Shown here: in pieces, positions 63,701 through 64,000 of the stretch
Layout of the letters: every line of letters starts with the position of its first letter
Position numbering within the stretch: position 1 is the stretch's first letter
Assembly (NCBI GenBank): GCA_973851085.1
Contig: OZ316776.1
Span: forward strand, 4,340,001-4,404,000
Origin: Ptychomitrium polyphyllum
Lineage: Eukaryota
Direction of reading: 5' to 3'
Length of the DNA: 64,000 nt
Position numbers and translations under genes: made by a program
The notes under the pieces: model-generated
Database searches by the model: none
Told to the model about the DNA's origin: nothing
Seen by the model: only the letters and a program-made list of their open reading frames with translations

Positions 63701-64000
63701 CGCCGGTGTAGGGAATAGTAACTCTGCTGCATTTACCAGAGATGAGACGATGGACTCACTCCATCCGAGCAGACGCTCTCAATGCTCTGAGTCGGTTTGC
63801 AAGAGAATGGGTCTTTGCGTGCGTTGCACATGATTTACTCGCATCAATCAGCATCTTCAGTCTCACTCTGCTCCTTCAATGCTGTCATCCTCTAGGACTG
63901 GTTTCCTCACGTCGCACCCATAAACATGTGCTGTACGTTGCAGTCCGGAGACCTCTCGACGCTGTGATTCTACGATGCGTCACATTATCGCCTCTCGTCA
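57778..64000 (+). repeat. Right arm of the large inverted repeat; runs off the end of the window
   Basis: Reverse complement of 33436-39658. Identity starts abruptly at GTCAGCATCGTCCACGG (57778). Confidence 0.97.
59119..63469 (+). CDS. DWA2: WD40 protein DWA2/EIPR1(TSSC1)-like, copy 2
   Basis: Mirror of copy 1 and intact. Differs at 63176 (GGA, Gly) versus 34260 (GCA, Ala) in PWVF[A/G]S. Confidence 0.9.

Overview
Eukaryotic, intron-rich nuclear DNA from a land plant; gene content and intron style suggest a moss (inferred, not proven). I assembled exons by hand from GT/GC-AG boundaries. Genes in order: the last exon of a Serinc-type gene, a chimeric RS/SMAP-domain gene, U2AF65, a secreted DUF4787-like protein, RPN5, an unknown 402-aa membrane protein, DWA2/EIPR1 (copy 1), an MFS transporter, a trihelix transcription factor, a DUF2062 protein, an atypical MAPK-like kinase and DWA2/EIPR1 (copy 2). 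Four things stand out. (1) U2AF65 carries two tandem, paralogous 89-nt exons for the end of RRM2, arranged like mutually exclusive exons. (2) The neighbouring convergent gene is a fusion of the U2AF65 5' exons (RS domain plus GFD motif) to an RSRC2/SMAP C-terminus. (3) A near-perfect inverted repeat of at least 6.2 kb (33436-39658 / 57778-64000+) flanks an 18.1-kb spacer; its arms are GC-rich, carry a whole DWA2 gene and may supply the same 3' end to both outward-facing spacer genes. (4) The MAPK-like kinase lacks the TxY motif. I saw no prokaryotic systems, CRISPR arrays, rRNA or tRNA genes.
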